Source: Eledone cirrhosa (Eukaryota). Taken from it: a stretch of 64,000 bases of DNA. Shown piece after piece: positions 12,750 through 25,800 of the stretch (its first letter is position 1; each line of letters opens with the position of its first letter). Where the stretch lies: contig OZ024740.1 of NCBI GenBank assembly GCA_964016885.1, positions 354,950,001-355,014,000 of the forward strand, written 5' to 3'. Position numbers and translations under genes: made by a program. The notes beneath the pieces are model-generated. The model was not told where the DNA came from and did not search any database. It saw only the letters and a program-made list of their open reading frames with translations.

Positions 12750-12783
<34 letters not shown>

Positions 12784-13034
12784 TATTTGTTTGTTTGTTT
12801 AAAACTTTTAAGACATAATAATACCTTTGATAGTGCAACTATTATCACCATTGCTGATATTATTACTATTAGTGTTGCTATTGTTATTAAAACAGTTACT
12901 GATGACACAGTATTAACAGGTATTTCTCTGAATGTATTATGGTATCTCATTTGATGCATTATATATGTGCATTGAAATTCCCCTGGCCTTGATGACTAAA
13001 ATATCAGCTATACTGACAACAGTAAAAAGTGTTT

Positions 13035-14400
13035 TATGGCCATTTTCCCTGCTAAAGCAGTAGTTAGTCTTACAGCCCTCATGATAAGCCCCTCCATTTC
13101 ACCCTATAAATTGCATCCCCCATCACCAAACCCTTAGCTTACATTTCTTTCTCCATTATCCCGAGCCATGAATTTTTTTGGATTTCCCCTTCCTTTACCA
13201 CCCTCAACATTCATTTCCATCACACCTCTTACCCAGTCACTTTCATCCTTCCTCAACACATGATCCAATCATCTCATTTAATTTTTCTTCACAACATTCA
13301 TCACTGGTTCTATTCCCATCATTCTCTGCAGTTAATATTTTGTCTTCCTCTCTCTCAGTGATTCTCCACTTATCCACTGGACCAATTACCTTTCTATCCC
13401 ATCTTCTCCATTCCACATATCTTCTAAGTAAAAAATGTTTTCAAACCTTTCACCTTCACACCATTCTTAAGATCCAGCTTAACATCCTTTCCATCTGTGG
13501 TTTTTCCATACACACTTTATGCTTAAATGTAGCTGCCAAATTATTTAATAATCTCTTCGCACCACTACATTTTTGATATACTACCCAGTGCATATTGTAC
13601 ATTTAATGGAGTTCACTCCAACACCCTTCCTCTACTCTGCACATGACCATCTTCCTCTTATTTCCATCTCACCAAATGCTTTACCACTTCCCATAACCGT
13701 CATTTCTTTTGACTTCATACATTCCTTCCACCTGTTCATCTCCCACTTCAGCCCATCCAAATTCTCTGCTATTAACACAAGATCATCTGCATATAGCAAC
13801 TCCTATGGCATACTCTCCTTTGCAATTTAGGCCTTTCTCAGCTACAAATAGTAGTCAGCTTAATACTGACTCCTGATGCTCTCTAGTCTTCACTTCAAAT
13901 TTGTTACTCTTCTCATCCTTCATGCTCATGATTGTACACACTTTCATACATTGTCATCACTACTCTAACCAACCACTCACTCTCTGCTCTTTGAATGCCC
14001 ATGTTACAACTTCACATGGAACCCTATCAAAAACTTTCTTCAAATCAACAAACTTCTCAAAAACAAAAACAGATTTTTGCTCTGTTCTCTACTTGGCCTG
14101 TAACTGCTTCACAATAAAAATTGTGTCAGTTGTTTCCTTTCCAGCACCAATCCAAACTGTATTTCATCAGTCTTCCCTTTTTTCCATAGCCTCTTCTCTA
14201 ATACTTCTTTCATACCTTCATTCCATGTTCCAGTAGTTTAATTGCTTTATACGAACCACAGTCAAGAGGATCATCATGTACACCCATATACAAAAAGATG
14301 AGAGTACTCAACTCCAAATCTACCTGATTATGGTCTTCTTTCATAAAGCTACAGATTTTTGTCATCTTCTTCACATCCCAACTTCCTACTGTCTTAAAGA
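13035..14400 (-). mobile_element. Decayed RTE LINE reverse-transcriptase region
   Basis: Minus-strand FVDLKKVFDRVP and ELLYADDL motifs; many disruptions. Confidence 0.8.
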
Positions 14401-16130
14401 TATCTCAACAATATACTGAAAGTAATTTTTATATCAACTGTTGACTAATCTGGATGTGAATTCAAAACTAACTACAGTTATTTTATTGTGCCCTGTTGGC
14501 AAAGTAATATTATTCTGTTTACTTAACTTCACATTGCTGTTTTCAAGTTCCACTCTTCTATCATGAGTAAGTGGTTTGAAAGAACATTCAAAATATCCAA
14601 GTTTTCAAAACATCTTCAAAATTTTCTTTAACCCTTTCATTATCATATCTCTAATGAAAGACTGATTATGATTTTCAGGTAACTTTTGAAATAATCAAGA
14701 ATTTGGAGGGATTTGGTTATAACTAATTTTTATGTTATTATACTTGTGATTGGAATATAAATTAACAAAGCTTCTTACTTGGTGGAAAGTTTTAAAATAA
14801 ACATAAACATTTGAAAATAAACAGCTTTGTATCATAGAACCAATGTAGTTTTCTATGTTACAAAAAGGAAAAATAGATGTGAAAAATGTAAAATTACTAT
14901 CTAAGCAGTTATGAGTCAATGTTCTTAGTTCCTAGATGAAGAATTCATACATTATAACATATCAGTTTTGCTTGTAGAAACAATACATAACTTGTATTCC
15001 TAAACATTATGCATGATTAAGAAATCATTATTATCATTCATATTGTTATTGTAAGTTCTCAATGATAGTAGGTTCTCAGTTTATGATAAAATTTTGGTTT
15101 CCATTTAAGACACTGATATCCATGAGAAATAATATGATAACTACAAATGCCTATTTCTCCACCTTCTCCTATAATCTCCCTCAGGGTGTGGCAGGGAATC
15201 TTTCACCTCAGGGTGAAATTTCACTTACATTCCATGAATGTGTTCTCCATAAGTTCTCATATACTTACTGTTTGGCCCTGGTACTAAAAAGTATCCCCCA
15301 CAACTACACTAAGGCTTTGTGCTTATATGAGAAATTATTATTTTTATAGTTATTTTATTACATTATGGAAGAGGCATTTTAGCCTTTCAAAAATCACAAA
15401 AACTGTTAAATTAATCAATTTATTTCATGGAATTGTGTCAGTGACACACATTTTGCAACAAAAATTTTGACACCACAAAAGAAATGATAAATGGGAAGAG
15501 AATTGAATGGCTTTTGTATGTTTTTTGAATGACTAAAATGCCTCTTCCACAATGTAATTGCTTTAATCTCAACATACAGTCTCAAATCAAGTCACTTGCC
15601 AATCAAGTGTAACTTCAATATTTTGTTATTGTTTTTATCAATAGTTTTACTATTTCCAGTAGATTTTATGGTAAATGAATAATCTTACAGTACTTCATAA
15701 TGTTTGGTAACTGAGAAATGGTATTGCATTACTATCATTATTTCTGTTTTTGAGGGGTGGATTGGCAGAATACTTTGAGCATCAGACAAAATGCTTTGCA
15801 GCATTTAGTTATGGCTCTTTACATTCTGAGTTCAAATCCAGTTGAAGTTAACTTTGCTTTTCAGCCTTGATAAAATAACTGGGGCTGGTGTAATTGACTT
15901 TCCCCTCCTCATAAATTGTTGGCTTTGTGTCTAAATTAGAAATCATTATTATTCCAGTCTTTAGAATTGATTCACCATATCCCTGCGTGCTGTGAGAGGT
16001 AACTGAAAGGATTAGTGTCAGAAGGGCATTGAGCTGCTGTAAAACATTACCTCAGAAAGTCCTGTCAAACCCATGCCAGTATGGAAAAGCAGATGTTATA
16101 ATAATAATAATAATAATAATGATGATAATT

Positions 16131-16174
<44 letters not shown>

Positions 16175-17010
16175 AAGTTGATTTATGTCCATGACATGAT
16201 TTTCTTAAATTGAGTATATTTTTTCTTCCATTGTTTGAAGAACTGATTTGTTGATATTTAACAATATCATATTGCATTCAGAGTTCAAATCGTACTGATG
16301 TCATTTCATTCTTCAGGGTTGATGGAATAAAGTACCTGTCAATTACTAGGTTTGAGTAATCATCATTTAACAATGTTATTTATTCTACATTGTCTTGTTG
16401 CCTTATATCCCAAAAGTATGCTCAAACATGGCTACCTCAAACATACGAGCCTGGACAATGTAGGGGAGTGCTCTCTAGTATACAGGATCCCAGGCCCTAC
16501 CACCTTATATTCCCATCTGACAGAATGGAGAAAGTGTTAACCCAAAGGATAGTAAAGTAGACATGTTGAAATAGCCAATCCAACTTGCAGACTTCACTCC
16601 TACGGGTGTCAAATTCCACTCTGATAGTAGTGTAAGGATCTGATCGAGGGACTAAGTACAGTGGAATTCTCCACTGCTACAGATTTGACAACAAACCTAT
16701 TGGAGAGTGGTCATAACTATTTCCAAATGTCTAACCTAGTGGCAGTGTTAGAAGTCAATATCAGCATTATTGTTATTGTTGTAAGGATGATAGATTAGCA
16801 GCACTATTAAAGCATTGGACAAAATGCTTTGTAGTCTCAGTTCTTTACGCTTTGAGTTCAAATCCCAATAAGGTCAGCTTTGCCTTTCATCCTTCTGGGA
16901 TCAATAAAATAAAGTACCAGTAATGCACTGGGGTTGATTTAATCAACTTTCATGTGCCTAAATCAGAAACCATTATCATTATGTAATTGTGTTTGTAGTA
17001 TTATAATAAT

Positions 17011-17199
17011 TGTTTCTACTTTTTGCACAAGGCCAGCAAATTACCCAGTGCATTACTGGTACTTTATTTTATCGACCCTGTGAGGATGAAAGGCAAAGTT
17101 AACCTCAGTGGCATTTGAACTCAGATCATAAAGGGCCGTAACTCTTTGCTGCAAAGCATGGCGCCCGGCCCTCTACCGATACTGCCAATCCACCGCCCT
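17011..17199 (-). mobile_element. tRNA-derived SINE (Meta-domain-like core GCCTTTCATCC..GGGTCGATAAA..AAGTACCAG)
   Basis: A- and B-box-like head on the minus strand; 14-bp TSD agtattataataat at 16997-17010 and 17204-17217. Confidence 0.88.
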
Positions 17200-17488
17200 T
17201 TGCAGTATTATAATAATATTTTATTATTAGTGATAAGTATCAGTTGGATTATTCATTTTATCATACAAAACTGTTTTGGCTACTGTATTTTTAAAAATCA
17301 GTTTAGATGTCATCAAAATTTAAGTGCTGAGTGAAACATGTAGATATCATGATCACCTTAATATAGTGTTTGATGATGTTTCTGAAATGAGGTTATGGGG
17401 TCCATACAGCTATCATAGTCCAGATCCATGCTAGAATTAGAGTTCAGCACTGTCAGCTAATATGTATGTGTGTGTTTAATGCATTTAA

Positions 17489-17704
17489 CCCTCTCATCAC
17501 CATATTTGCCTTTGATTTTCAATTAATTTTGAAAATAATCAAGAATTTGGTGATTATTTAATAAGATAACTTTTTCATTTATGATGATGTTTAGCACACA
17601 GCTTTATAATGTAAGATTTTTTTAGATAAATATATACATGTTAAAACAAACAGTTTTGTATCATAGAACCAAGGGCAGTTTCAAGTAGTTTGGTATGAAA
17701 AGGG
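17489..17704 (+). mobile_element. piggyBac-type MITE, family B
   Basis: TTAA|CCCTCTCATCACC...GGTATGAAAAGGG|TTAA. Related decayed copies lie near 5937-6066, 7400-7620, 10950-11200, 14632-14860, 39945-40070, 40880-41100 and 58095-58320. Confidence 0.75.
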
Positions 17705-18004
17705 TTAAACATACTGTGTTCATACATCTTGCTTGCTATTTCATTTATTTAGTGTTATGTAGATTGGACCTAGAAAAATTGTCTTTTAACTATTAACCTG
17801 ATACTTTGTTGATTAACCAATTAACAGTTTCATATTGAGTCTCCTTGCATAGTGTTGAAACAGCATTACTATTTGAGCACATCTTTCATTGTTCTCATCA
17901 ACAAGAAAATTTGTTTATAGTGTTATATTTTGAATAGCAGGATTCTTGTTTAGAAGTAGGTAAAATGAGCCAGCAAGAATTGAAGAAGCAAAGATGTGAT
18001 TTAA

Positions 18005-18237
18005 CTCTTTTGATACCAAATTGTCTGAAACCTCCTTGTTTTTTATTATATAAAACTCCCTATTTAAAAATATTTGTATTTATATTAAAATTTTTCATCA
18101 AAATTGTTTTAAAGAATGTTTTTGTGAAGATTCAACTTATTAACGAGAAGGTTGATTATTTTAAATTCTTCCCAATTTTTGATGATTTTCAAAATGAATT
18201 GCTAGTGTATTTCATTATAAATAGAGTAAAGAAAGGG
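18005..18237 (-). mobile_element. piggyBac-type MITE, family B, reverse copy
   Basis: TTAA|CTCTTTTGATACC...AAAGGG|TTAA; diverged reverse-complement homolog of 17489-17704. Confidence 0.7.
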
Positions 18238-18348
18238 TTAAACCATTGACTCCTTGATTCATAGTCCAACACTATTTTGACTCATAGTCCAACTCAATGT
18301 TGTCTACATCTAATCAGCTAACAACACAATTAATGCCATTAATGTTAT

Positions 18349-18535
18349 GGCGGTGGATTGGCAGTATCGGTAGAGGGTTGGACGCCATGCTTTGACGCAT
18401 AGAGTTACGGCCCTTGCCATTCTGAGTTCAAATCCTGCCGAGGTTAACTTTGCCTTTCATCCTTACGGGGTTGATAAAATAAAGTACCAGTAATGCACTG
18501 TGTAATTGCTGGCCTTGTGCCAAAAAGTAGAAACA
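18349..18535 (+). mobile_element. Same SINE family, full length
   Basis: TTGGCAGTATCGG A-box-like and GAGTTCAAATCC B-box; TSD attaatgtt. Confidence 0.88.
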
Positions 18536-18617
18536 ATTAATGTTTTGATCAATTTATAAATCAATTTATAAATGTTATGCTAATTTATAAATAACTCATC
18601 TTGGAAATGTTAAGTAA

Positions 18618-18824
<207 letters not shown>

Positions 18825-19107
18825 TGAGTATTACATTCAACTTTTCTTTCAACAATAAATAGCAAATACCAAATAAACTATTAAATCTCATTACTTTAAT
18901 GTTTATTTTTTTATTTCATATTTTGACCAGTACATTCTTCACTCACCTCCAAGTGGTTCTCTCCTTGTACGAAAAATAAAAATTCATTTCCTTATAGGCT
19001 GAAATTGAATTCACATATGCATTCCTTAGGCATTCACACTGTGTGTGTGAATACTAACCTGTCTGTGACATGTCCAAACCCTTGCTAGCAGGGAAGAAGT
19101 ATGTTAA

Positions 19108-19542
19108 ATGAGGATAATGTGGTGGTCAGATCTGAAAGGGCTGAAGATGAGCATTTACTTCTTCAGCAAAGCCCAGATTAACTTTTTCAAATTTCATTTG
19201 AAAAGGAAAATCAGAGTGGAGAGGGAGCTGTTCCCTTCCCAACAATTTGTTGAAAGATGGGTGAGAGAGGCGAGCATGGCCCAAGTGAATGGGCCTGCTC
19301 TAAGTATGTGCTGTATATTGGAGGGCCCACTATTGGAGATTTTTCCTTTGTTTCCATTTTTTTGTTACATTTTTTTGGTTTTTGTTTCCTTTTGTTTTAC
19401 ATGCAGAAACCCATATTTGTACTGCCCTATACCATCCTGTGCTCTCCTTAATATCATCATCATCGTTTAGCATCTATCTTCCACGCTAACTAATATATTT
19501 TTTGTAAACTCTTTGTGGTTAATAAAGAAATCATTATTATTA
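19108..19542 (+). mobile_element. Probable L1/Tx1-like LINE 3' end
   Basis: Coding-like INFFKFHLKRKIRVERE..FVERW, then a T-rich UTR, AATAAA at 19521 and (ATT)n. The clade call is tentative. Confidence 0.45.
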
Positions 19543-20595
19543 TGAGCTAATTTTGGCTCTTCTTTACTGCATTAATATTTCTAATGAAATTTCTGAAGCC
19601 CATTACATTAAATATATTAACACTAATTAAGGAATAGTTAATATTTCTACTTCATAATTTAGTAGTTAGAACAGGAAAGTTCATATACATTAAATGGAAT
19701 TCTGTTGCTCCCACTATTCGTACAAACATAACTTAGCATATAAAAAAAAATTGGAGTTTTCCTATTGTTAACCACTTCCTTTTAATAATCTGGTGTAATT
19801 TTTCCATATTTGTATTGCAACATTGACATGTTATAATCTGTTGGACTAAATGTTTCTGAAAATGTATTATCCAAACATTTTGGACAATGGGATGCAATTT
19901 ACTCCAATATTTATTGCATTAAAGTTTTGTATTGTTCCTAAAGAGAAACTTTGTTCCATAATTTTCTCAGACCCATTGAAACTTAGGTATTGAGATAATT
20001 TAGTGAGGTTTGTGCAGTTTATTCTGACTTGGAAGTTAATAACTGGAAGAGAAATTTTAGTTGAGAAAACTGTCCCAGAATGATAATGAGGAAAAATGAC
20101 TGGTTGAAATTAGGGTGATAAGAAGATGAGAGATTTAGGTTGGCATAAAGTTTTCAGGTTCTGAGAAGTAAAGGCTATTGTATTGTACTGATAAGTAAAG
20201 CTATGTAAAGCTTTATTTTACCAATCTCTGCTTAGCTGAAATATTAAGACTTATTGTCATTCATGAAATAATTTTAGCATTAAGAAGAGTGATTCAGTTA
20301 ATGAATTACTATATAAATATTTAAATCAAATGAATGAACTTGTATAATCAAGAAAATATACAGGATTGATGATGTTGAAGTTGACAATCATGAATTTGAG
20401 ATTGGTAACAACAAATTTGAGATTAACAATGACAAAATTGAGGTTCATTGTGATGAAATTGAAGTTGACAACAATGAATTTGAGATTGGCAATGCTGAAA
20501 TTGAAGTTAATAATTTGAGATTGATGATAAAGAATTTGAAGTTGATGAGGATGAATTTGAGATAGACAATGGAAATATTGAGGTTTAAACTGGTA

Positions 20596-21230
20596 CATCA
20601 TCATCATCATCACCGTTTTATGTCCATTCTTCCACGCTAGTATGGGTTAGACGGGTTGTCCTGTTGTGGGCAATGCCAGGTAAGGTGACCATGTCTTGCT
20701 TATACAGAACTGATTTTGGCTTGATTTCTACAGCTGGATGCCCTTCCTAACACCAACCTCATTTACAGTTAGTACTGGGTGCCTTTTTACTCTGGCGTCT
20801 ACACGACCACTTTACAGTGTGGACTGGGTGATTTTTGTCGTGACACCTACATGACCACTTTACAGTAGGAAGGGAGTGGGACCAAACTGTCTACATGCTT
20901 CAGCTTCAGCTTGTTCCTGTGGGAAGTTGGGTCTTCTGTATTACTGCATGATGCCAGAGGTCACGGTTGTGTGTCATCGCCTTTGAGAGGTGCAATTGGG
21001 CAAGGTCAGCTTTTATCACTTCATCCCAGGTCTTCTTGGGTCTCCCCACTCCAAGGCTTCCATCGACTTTTAGTACTCTGCACCTTTTTATGCAGCTGTC
21101 ATCCTTCATACGCATCACATACCCATACCAATGCAACCTCTTCTCCTGCACACAGCATTTGATTCCTCTTATGCTCAGTCTCTCTCTCAATTCGTTAATG
21201 CTTTGCCATTTGCATATATTACTATTACAT
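20596..21230 (-). mobile_element. RTE LINE 3' fragment, same family as 31360-32157
   Basis: RLHWYGYVMRM..GRPKKTWDEVI and a (CAT)n tail on the + strand. Confidence 0.88.
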
Positions 21231-21997
21231 ATAATGTGGTAAATAATGTCATATTTTCTTTTTGTTTCTATCAGAAAATATGTAAAATAAAGTAAAGTTT
21301 AAAAAATGAAATAATAGAATAAAAACTGATGGTGATTTACTGGACAGTTGACCACGGTCATAGTTTCAAACTTTATTATTTATGTATTCTTGTGTCTATG
21401 GACAATAGCACACACACACACATATACGCATACATACACACAGACACACATACAGACAAACCTATCAAATATGTATGTATATATAAAACCTTAGGATTTA
21501 GCTGGTAGCAGCTCAGGTCACGATGGTTATATCTCCCAAGTGCATACATTGAATGAATGGTGTAAACTCACTTATTGTATTCTCATGAAAATGAGAAGCT
21601 GATAAGATAGTATCTATGTAGTCAATCTAGCTACTAAAGAACCCAATCATCAGATCAAACTAAGAAAACAATTAGTCTTTCCATTGTTGATAATATCTGG
21701 GAATTGAACTAAAAACACACAGAACTGGATCAAATACAGCCTGTTTGTCTCATTAACAATTCCACTAATCCACTGTCCTTGGACTGGTACAATATTTATT
21801 GACCCTAAAAGGATGAAATGAAAAGTTGACTTCAATGGGATTTGAACTTGGGGGCACAGTAAACTGGAGCACTGCCAGAATAGGAACCAAATCTCCCTCA
21901 AATTATACCCTACTGTCTTAAATAAACAAAGATGTATTGGATAATGTTGTTTTGATATGGATTTTAAAAAAATATCCGCACAAAAATTATACAAATA

Positions 21998-22930
21998 CGA
22001 GGTTTGTCCCAAAAGTAAGAGTACTGATTTTCTTATGTACAACATGGTAATGCAGCACTTAGTTGATGTATATAGATATGTTGGTTATGACCTTGGCTGC
22101 ATGTACATACCTGTTTAAACATGATTGATTGGGTCAGTCATGAGTTATTGCTGTTTATGTACGGATGTGTTTATAACCTCTGTTACCTTTGCAATGCAAG
22201 AAAATATTGAACAATGGTATGTGATCAAATTTTGTGTTAAACTCAACAAATCAGCTCATCAAATATTTAATTCTTTAACACAAGCTTATGGAGATGCCAC
22301 TCTATTGAGAAGTAAAGTTTTTAAGTGGCACAAAGCTTTGAAAGAGGGCTAAGAAAATGTTGAAGCCGAACTTTGTTTTGGAAGACCAGTCTCATATGCA
22401 ATTGAACAAAGCGATGATTTATCATTTTTTTTTCGACAACTTGGTATTGTTCATAAAAAATGTTTCCATCCAGGACAGACAATTAATCGCAACTTTTTCA
22501 AAGATGTCTAGAACAATTTCAAAAAAGGGCCCAGCATGTCCTAAAGGATATTGCAGGAGATTGGGTACTCCGCCATGATAATGTGCCTGCTCACACAGCA
22601 CTTTCAGTTAGAGAATTTCTGGTGAAGAAAACATTCCAACTCTTCCACATCCTCCCTACAACCCATCTCTAGCTCCATGTGATTTCTACCTCTTCCCTAA
22701 TTGAAGTTGAATGGTCATAAGTTTAGGACTGTGGAAAACATACAAAAAATTGGAACCAATGAGCTAAGGACACTCACAGAAAATGACTTCCAGTACTGCT
22801 ATGATCAATGGAAAAACCTTAGAACCACTGTGTGACTCCCCAAAGGTTGTATTTTGAAGGAGATAACTTGTAATTTCATGTACGTCTAATATACATTTAA
22901 ATAAAACTCCAGAGTTTGTGAACGGAAACT
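21998..22930 (+). mobile_element. Decayed, internally deleted mariner (DD34D) element
   Basis: TA|CGAGGTTTGTCCC left end. Fragments IKFCVKLNKS..AYGDATL..SKVFKWHK and HDNVPAHTALSV..HPPYNPSLAPCDFYLFP, with stops and frameshifts. Right TIR poorly preserved. Confidence 0.85.
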
Positions 22931-23039
22931 TCTGCATTATTTTATTATTCTTAAAACTAGATGGTAAATCACCTCTTAACACAAATGAGCTTGCTGTCGC
23001 TAATTGAAACTCATACAAATCAAAGCAAAGCATAATAAT

Positions 23040-23430
23040 AATAATTTGGATGACTAAATTATATGCTGCAGATGATGGATAACTAGAAATACTATTACAG
23101 ACAGTACATAGATTTACTAGAGATATTGATATGAAATTGAGATTAGAAAAATCTGCTAAGGCAACTTTGACTAGAGGAATATTAATTAAGAACAGTAATA
23201 TCATGCTAGATAAAGAAACTATAAGAGAATTAGACTAAGCACAGATATGCAAATACTTAAGAATCAATGAATTAGACTGTGTACAACACACATAGATTGA
23301 AAGGAAAAATGATGATGGAATATTATAGATGAATTAGATAAATATTTAAAACAGTGCTAAATGCAAAAGATAATGTAATAGGCTCAATAATCTAACTGTC
23401 CCAGTAATAAGTTATAGTTACAGTATTTGT
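23040..23430 (+). mobile_element. Decayed R4/Dong-like LINE reverse-transcriptase fragment
   Basis: Degenerate DD-KLYA, DIDMKLRLEKSAK, KYLRI and NAKDNVIG..VPVISYSY motifs. Confidence 0.55.
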
Positions 23431-24405
23431 TAAACAAAGGCTTCGGAGGACCCTTCTTTTGTGTCAAAAATATGACAATCTCTCTTGTGCTGGTGCACTT
23501 GGTAGAACGTATGACCATACGTAAGCCAGATGTAGACCTCCAGCTTTTCTGGGAGATCAGTAGCCCCTCTTCAGTACTGACTTAGTCTATGAAGACCTGT
23601 AGAATCCTTGCCAGTAGGGAAATCCTTACCAGTAGGGAAAGCAGACTTTAAACGTTGTGTATGTATATATATAGTTATGTAACAAACAACATAAGGCAAT
23701 TATTTCATTTACCAGTGGTTTCTTAAAAGCAAACAAATTTTGCTTTCAATCATCAGAATGAAAAAATCCTGGTGTATTTATTGATATTGGATTTTAAAAA
23801 ACAAAGCTATTAAGCTCTGTTACTTACATAGAGCACTCTTTTTTCCTGGACTTTTCCGACGAAATTACTTCATTTATACAGCTCCAACCGGGATTGATTG
23901 AAGCATATTCTATATTACATATACGATTGGCACTATATATATATGTGTGTGTGATGGCTACAATCTCTGCTAAGAATATTGCAATCGCTTGTCAGATTTC
24001 AGAAAATGGTGCACATTTAGGCTACGGCAGCCACACGAACCTTTAACAGATCCCGAAGAAGCAATGCCTGTGCTTTTGAAGATTTTTTTTAAGTGGGGAA
24101 ATGCTTCCGAAGCCACAGTGTTTTTTTCAGAGTTCCCCTCTCTTAGACAGGTGTTGTGACAACAACCGGGGCCTTTTCACTCCTAGGTAAAAAAAAAGAA
24201 AAGTACTATTTGGATGGCCGTTGATTCTGCTGAGTTCCTCCACCTTTTGCTGGGTCTTGTATATCATCCCGCAGGGTGTCCAAATATCAACCTCCTCATC
24301 AAGCAAGCTTGGTGGGGTTGCTGGTTTAGTCGCCGACGACTGGACCGTGAGACAGGTTGTACTGGGTTACATGCTACCAGTAACACTCAAGAGTGACCTG
24401 ATATA

Positions 24406-24438
<33 letters not shown>

Positions 24439-24610
24439 TCAATAGGAAGGGCATCTAGCTGTAGAAACTAAGCCAAAATCAGCCCCGGGTGAGCGAAACA
24501 CGGTCCTCTGGTCTGATTCCCTCCCAAAAGGTCAGCCCGTCCTACCCATGCTAGCATGGAAGATGGACGCTAAACGATGATGATGATGATATATATATTA
24601 TATATATATA

Positions 24611-24912
24611 TAGACAATATGCCCCCACACCTCCCACCGCAAGGTGGTCGTGGAGGTGCCACGGCAAAAAAAGCACCCAGCCCACACTGTAAAGTGGACG
24701 TGTAGGCGCCACGAAAAAGCACCCAGCACTCACTGTAAATGAGGTTGGTGTTAGGAAGGGCATCCAGCTGTAGAAATCAAGCCAGATCAGTTCCTGTATG
24801 AGCAAGGCATGGTCAGCCGACCAGACACTGCCCACAACAGGACAACCCGTCTAACCCATGCTAGCGTGGAAGAACGGACGTAAAACGGTGATGATGATGA
24901 TGATGATGATGA
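24611..24912 (+). mobile_element. RTE 3'UTR fragment with (GAT)n tail, preceded by a related fragment at 24440-24590
   Basis: Near-identical reverse complement of 31360-31657. Older relatives lie at about 3005-3220, 47880-48100, 51440-51740, 55140-55460, 56040-56350 and 57560-57800. Confidence 0.88.
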
Positions 24913-25041
24913 TATAATCCAGAAATATATTTTTTTTTATAGTTTAAGAAATGTGGTGAAACTGAATATTGTTTATTTTTATTTGTAAAATAATGTGTTA
25001 TGTACTAGTAATAATAATAATTGTTTTGTTTTGTCTTTCAG

Positions 25042-25135
25042 TTTACCTCGTCCTCCAAAATCAGCTTGGTCTGGGAAAGGGCCTGAACATTCCACATTGG
25101 AGTCAGTATATTTTGGAAACCGACCAGGAGTTGGG
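25042..25135 (+). CDS. FAM135A: FAM135-like exon (LPRPPKSAWSGKGPEHSTLESVYFGNRPGVG)
   Basis: gtctttcag acceptor and GGG|gtaagt donor; 94 nt; PRP..K..W and TLESV.FG motifs. Confidence 0.92.
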
Positions 25136-25517
25136 GTAAGTAGATATTTTTTGTTAACTGTTCTCAGTTTTTAATGAAATTGTTGTATTATTATAGAATT
25201 ATATATATATATTGTTATATTTGGGGAGGGTCATGTTATAATATTGCCAGAAATATATAATAAAAGACACTCACTGTTTAGTTTGGGTTGGTTTTCGCTT
25301 CAGTATATTTTATATCCCTATAGTTAATTCAGCTGGTAATACACACATAATTTAGAATTTCTTGCTGTAGTCACTGCTTAGTTTTTCATTCTTATATTTA
25401 TGTAAGTTGCTTATCTACACAATATTTATTTAAGAGCCATTTTGAAAGATAAGATCATACTTCATATTTCCTGGTATGTTATGTTCAATATATTTAGTTG
25501 ATTGTATTTGACTACAG

Positions 25518-25800
25518 TGGAGGCGAGTGGCCTAGTGGTAAGGGTGTTGGACTTATGATCATAATGTCATGGGTTCGATTCCTAGACTGGGTTGTGTATT
25601 GTGTTCTTGAGCAAAACACTTCATTTCACATTGCCCCTGTATACTCAGCTGAAAATGAGTACTAGCAATAGCTTGGGGGTTAAACCTGCAATGGACTGGC
25701 ATCCTGTCCAGGTGGGGAGTTTTGAACTCTCAGTCACTTCATGATATTGAAACCAGGAGAAGCATTGGCCTGATGAGCCTCCAGGCTCGAGGTTGACTTT
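25518..25800 (+). mobile_element. tRNA-derived CORE-like SINE
   Basis: A box TGGCCTAGTGG, B box GGTTCGATTCC and CORE-like TGTGTTCTTGAGCAAAACACTTCATTTC; related partial copies at about 38638-38750 and 50188-50320. Confidence 0.8.

Noticed and set aside
16065-16277. Poly-His/poly-Tyr ORF (also the His/Asp-rich ORF at 55026-55256)
   Set aside because: Translations of (GAT)n/(AAT)n retrotransposon tails.
25518-25600. tRNA gene (A and B boxes)
   Set aside because: No complete cloverleaf, and it continues into a CORE-like body; it is a SINE head. The same applies to the other A/B-box hits.
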